A DNA stretch of 64,000 bases from Candidatus Oxydemutatoraceae bacterium (GTDB taxonomy: Bacteria; Pseudomonadota; Gammaproteobacteria; Poriferisulfidales; Oxydemutatoraceae), in NCBI GenBank assembly GCA_965237985.1, contig OZ250161.1, forward strand, positions 1,615,012 through 1,679,011, written 5' to 3'. This document shows positions 62,491-64,000 of the stretch, in pieces. The position numbers and the translations under genes are program-made. Under the pieces are notes generated by a model. That model had not been told where the DNA came from, searched no databases, and was given only the letters and a program-made list of their open reading frames with translations. The stretch's first letter is position 1. Every line of letters begins with the position of its first letter.

Positions 62491-63260
62491 GTTAAGCGGC
62501 TCTTTTCTGAATATTCCAAGCAAAATCTTGTAAAGATTTTGCTTGCGATTGTTGAATCTAAATTCACATTCTTTAAGATGTAAATTGAATGTACTTTTGT
62601 CCATCCCTTTAAACTTTACCAACCTAGTTTTTGCATAACCCCAAAATGACTCTATGCCATTAATATGAGAATTTCCTCTGGCGAATTCATTCTCACCATG
62701 ATGAACTCTAAAGTGCTTCTTATAACCAAAATCTACTAAACCATTATACCCACGCCAGCCATCAGAATGAATAACACTATCTATACTTGTTTTACCTCTA
62801 ATTATCTTGGTTAAAGTCGCTGCAGTGCAATCTGGAACAATCTCAGTATAAACTTTATCACCGCGTTTTAATAAACCAAATACTTTGGTTTTACCTTTGG
62901 CGCCAAGACCACGCACACCTTTGACTCTTTTTGCCCCAAAGTAAGATTCATCAACTTCAATCTGTCCCACTAATAGGGCAGATTGGTTGGTTGAATCTCT
63001 GGCAATCTGCTTGCAAATTGCCTTTAAATATTGATTAATAGTTTGTCTACTTAACTTTGTTAATTATTGGATTTGAACGGTGTTCAAATCCAAAGAAAAA
63101 TAGCGAATAATTTCTCTAAATTTATGCTCAGAAATTCTTGAACGAATTACATATTTATTTTTCATTGTCATAACAATACTTTATCATGTTTTTAAACATG
63201 CTTAACTTGTCATAACCCTTATTTAATATCGCCCTCGAAATTAACCATCATGAGAGAGAT
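62480..63260 (-). mobile_element. IS1595-family (ISXO2-like) insertion sequence with a frameshifted transposase
   Basis: Minus-strand 'MTMKNKYVIRSRISEHKFREIIRYFSLDLNTVQIQ*' (63171 to about 63065), then after a frameshift 'LTKLSRQTINQYLK...GQIEVDESYFGAKRVKG...NGIESFWGYAKTRL...ECEFRFNNRKQNLYKILLGIFRKEPL'. The boundaries are approximate and the IRs were not identified. Confidence 0.7.
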
Positions 63261-63431
63261 GAACTGCTGAACGAACTAATCCATGACTATATTATGAACA
63301 CACTCACCAGTGACTCTAGCAATCTGTATCCGTGTGCTGATGCTATTGATAGAGTGAGTGACGTGTTTGATTCATAAAGCATTAGCACCACACATTATTT
63401 ACTACCGTGTCCGAGTGTTATAAATTCAATA

Positions 63432-63998
63432 TTATTTTGTAACTGTAACTATGATGGTTCTTCCAGTTAAACATTCAATAGAATTCATTTTATCTACATA
63501 TTGCTCATTATGCTTATCAATTGTTTTGAACTTCCTTTTTTCTTTCTTTGTAGTAAATACTGAAGTTAATTTAATAACTGGATATAAAAAAATTAACCAA
63601 ATCAATGAGGTTTTTTGCATTTTATCAATAGTTAATTCTATTTGAGAAAAACCAGCATCTAATAATGAATGAACCAAATAAAAATATGAAATAGGATTTA
63701 TATGACTCCCAGTTGAATGTATCTCACTTTCATTAACATGCAATGGTCCAAATAAATTATAAAACCCATACGTTAAAAACCTTACCCTTGATTTTAAATT
63801 TAAAATATTTGGAGTAGACATCACTAATACTCCACCTGACTTTATGACCCTATTAATCTCTTTAAGAATACCCCGATGATTTTCTAAATGCTCTATAACT
63901 TCTGTAAAAATAACTGCATCAAAAAAATTATCCTCATAAGGTAACTTACAATGATTCAAATCTACAACATCCACCTTCTGATTAGGCAAACCCATTAA
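63432..63998 (-). CDS. Class I SAM-dependent methyltransferase (Methyltransf_11-like), 5' end beyond the window; AT-rich
   Basis: 'DAVIFTEVIEHLENHRGILKEINRVIKSGGVLVMSTPN' is MTase post-motif II/III. GC content is markedly lower than in the core genome. Confidence 0.6.
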   Translation of the reverse strand, partial: LMGLPNQKVDVVDLNHCKLPYEDNFFDAVIFTEVIEHLENHRGILKEINRVIKSGGVLVMSTPNILNLKSRVRFLTYGFYNLFGPLHVNESEIHSTGSHINPISYFYLVHSLLDAGFSQIELTIDKMQKTSLIWLIFLYPVIKLTSVFTTKKEKRKFKTIDKHNEQYVDKMNSIECLTGRTIIVTVTK

Positions 63999-64000
63999 AG

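Overview
This 64-kb window is from a gammaproteobacterium with roughly 55-58% GC and conserved core gene order. Core genes, in order:
- alaS (3' end), lysC, then the molybdopterin genes mobB, mobA, a DUF1244-like small ORF and moeB.
- A TraB/GumN-family gene, then RNase P RNA (rnpB) on the minus strand.
- A SPOR-domain gene, argS, and secF-secD-yajC.
- rmuC, queG, nnr, tsaE and an AmiC-type amidase with a LysM domain.
- An AmmeMemo B-A fusion, tgt, queA, murJ, and the full F1Fo ATP synthase operon (atpZ/I/B/E/F/H/A/G/D/C).

Two accessory islands interrupt the core:
- About 26.1-34.2 kb: an IS3-family orfA remnant, an MmeI-family type IIL restriction-modification enzyme, an HTH_XRE-ImmA/IrrE metallopeptidase gene overlapping a DUF4411 (PIN-like) gene, and a T3SS-chaperone/YbjN-like gene.
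- About 52.2-64 kb, lower GC: an intact type I RM system (hsdM-hsdS-hsdR plus a DUF45/M48 peptidase) inserted into older defence remnants. The remnants are an HsdM_N-like N-terminal fragment, a large Walker-B NTPase truncated by a frameshifted IS1595-family element, and a partial AT-rich SAM methyltransferase at the window edge.

The main result is that almost every long intergenic region is a tandem array that copies a gene terminus:
- the moeB-traB junction, about 12 copies of 125 bp;
- the SPOR gene 3' end, about 17 copies of 220 bp;
- the rmuC 3' end plus a duplicated yajC 5' end;
- an in-frame 66-bp repeat at the queG 5' end;
- the queA-tgt junction, 2 copies;
- the murJ 5' end, about 26 copies of 176 bp;
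- the atpC 3' end, 3 copies;
- the AmmeMemo gene 3' end, 3 copies.
Many ORFs in the six-frame track fall inside these arrays, lie antisense to core genes, or overlap rnpB, and are not real genes.
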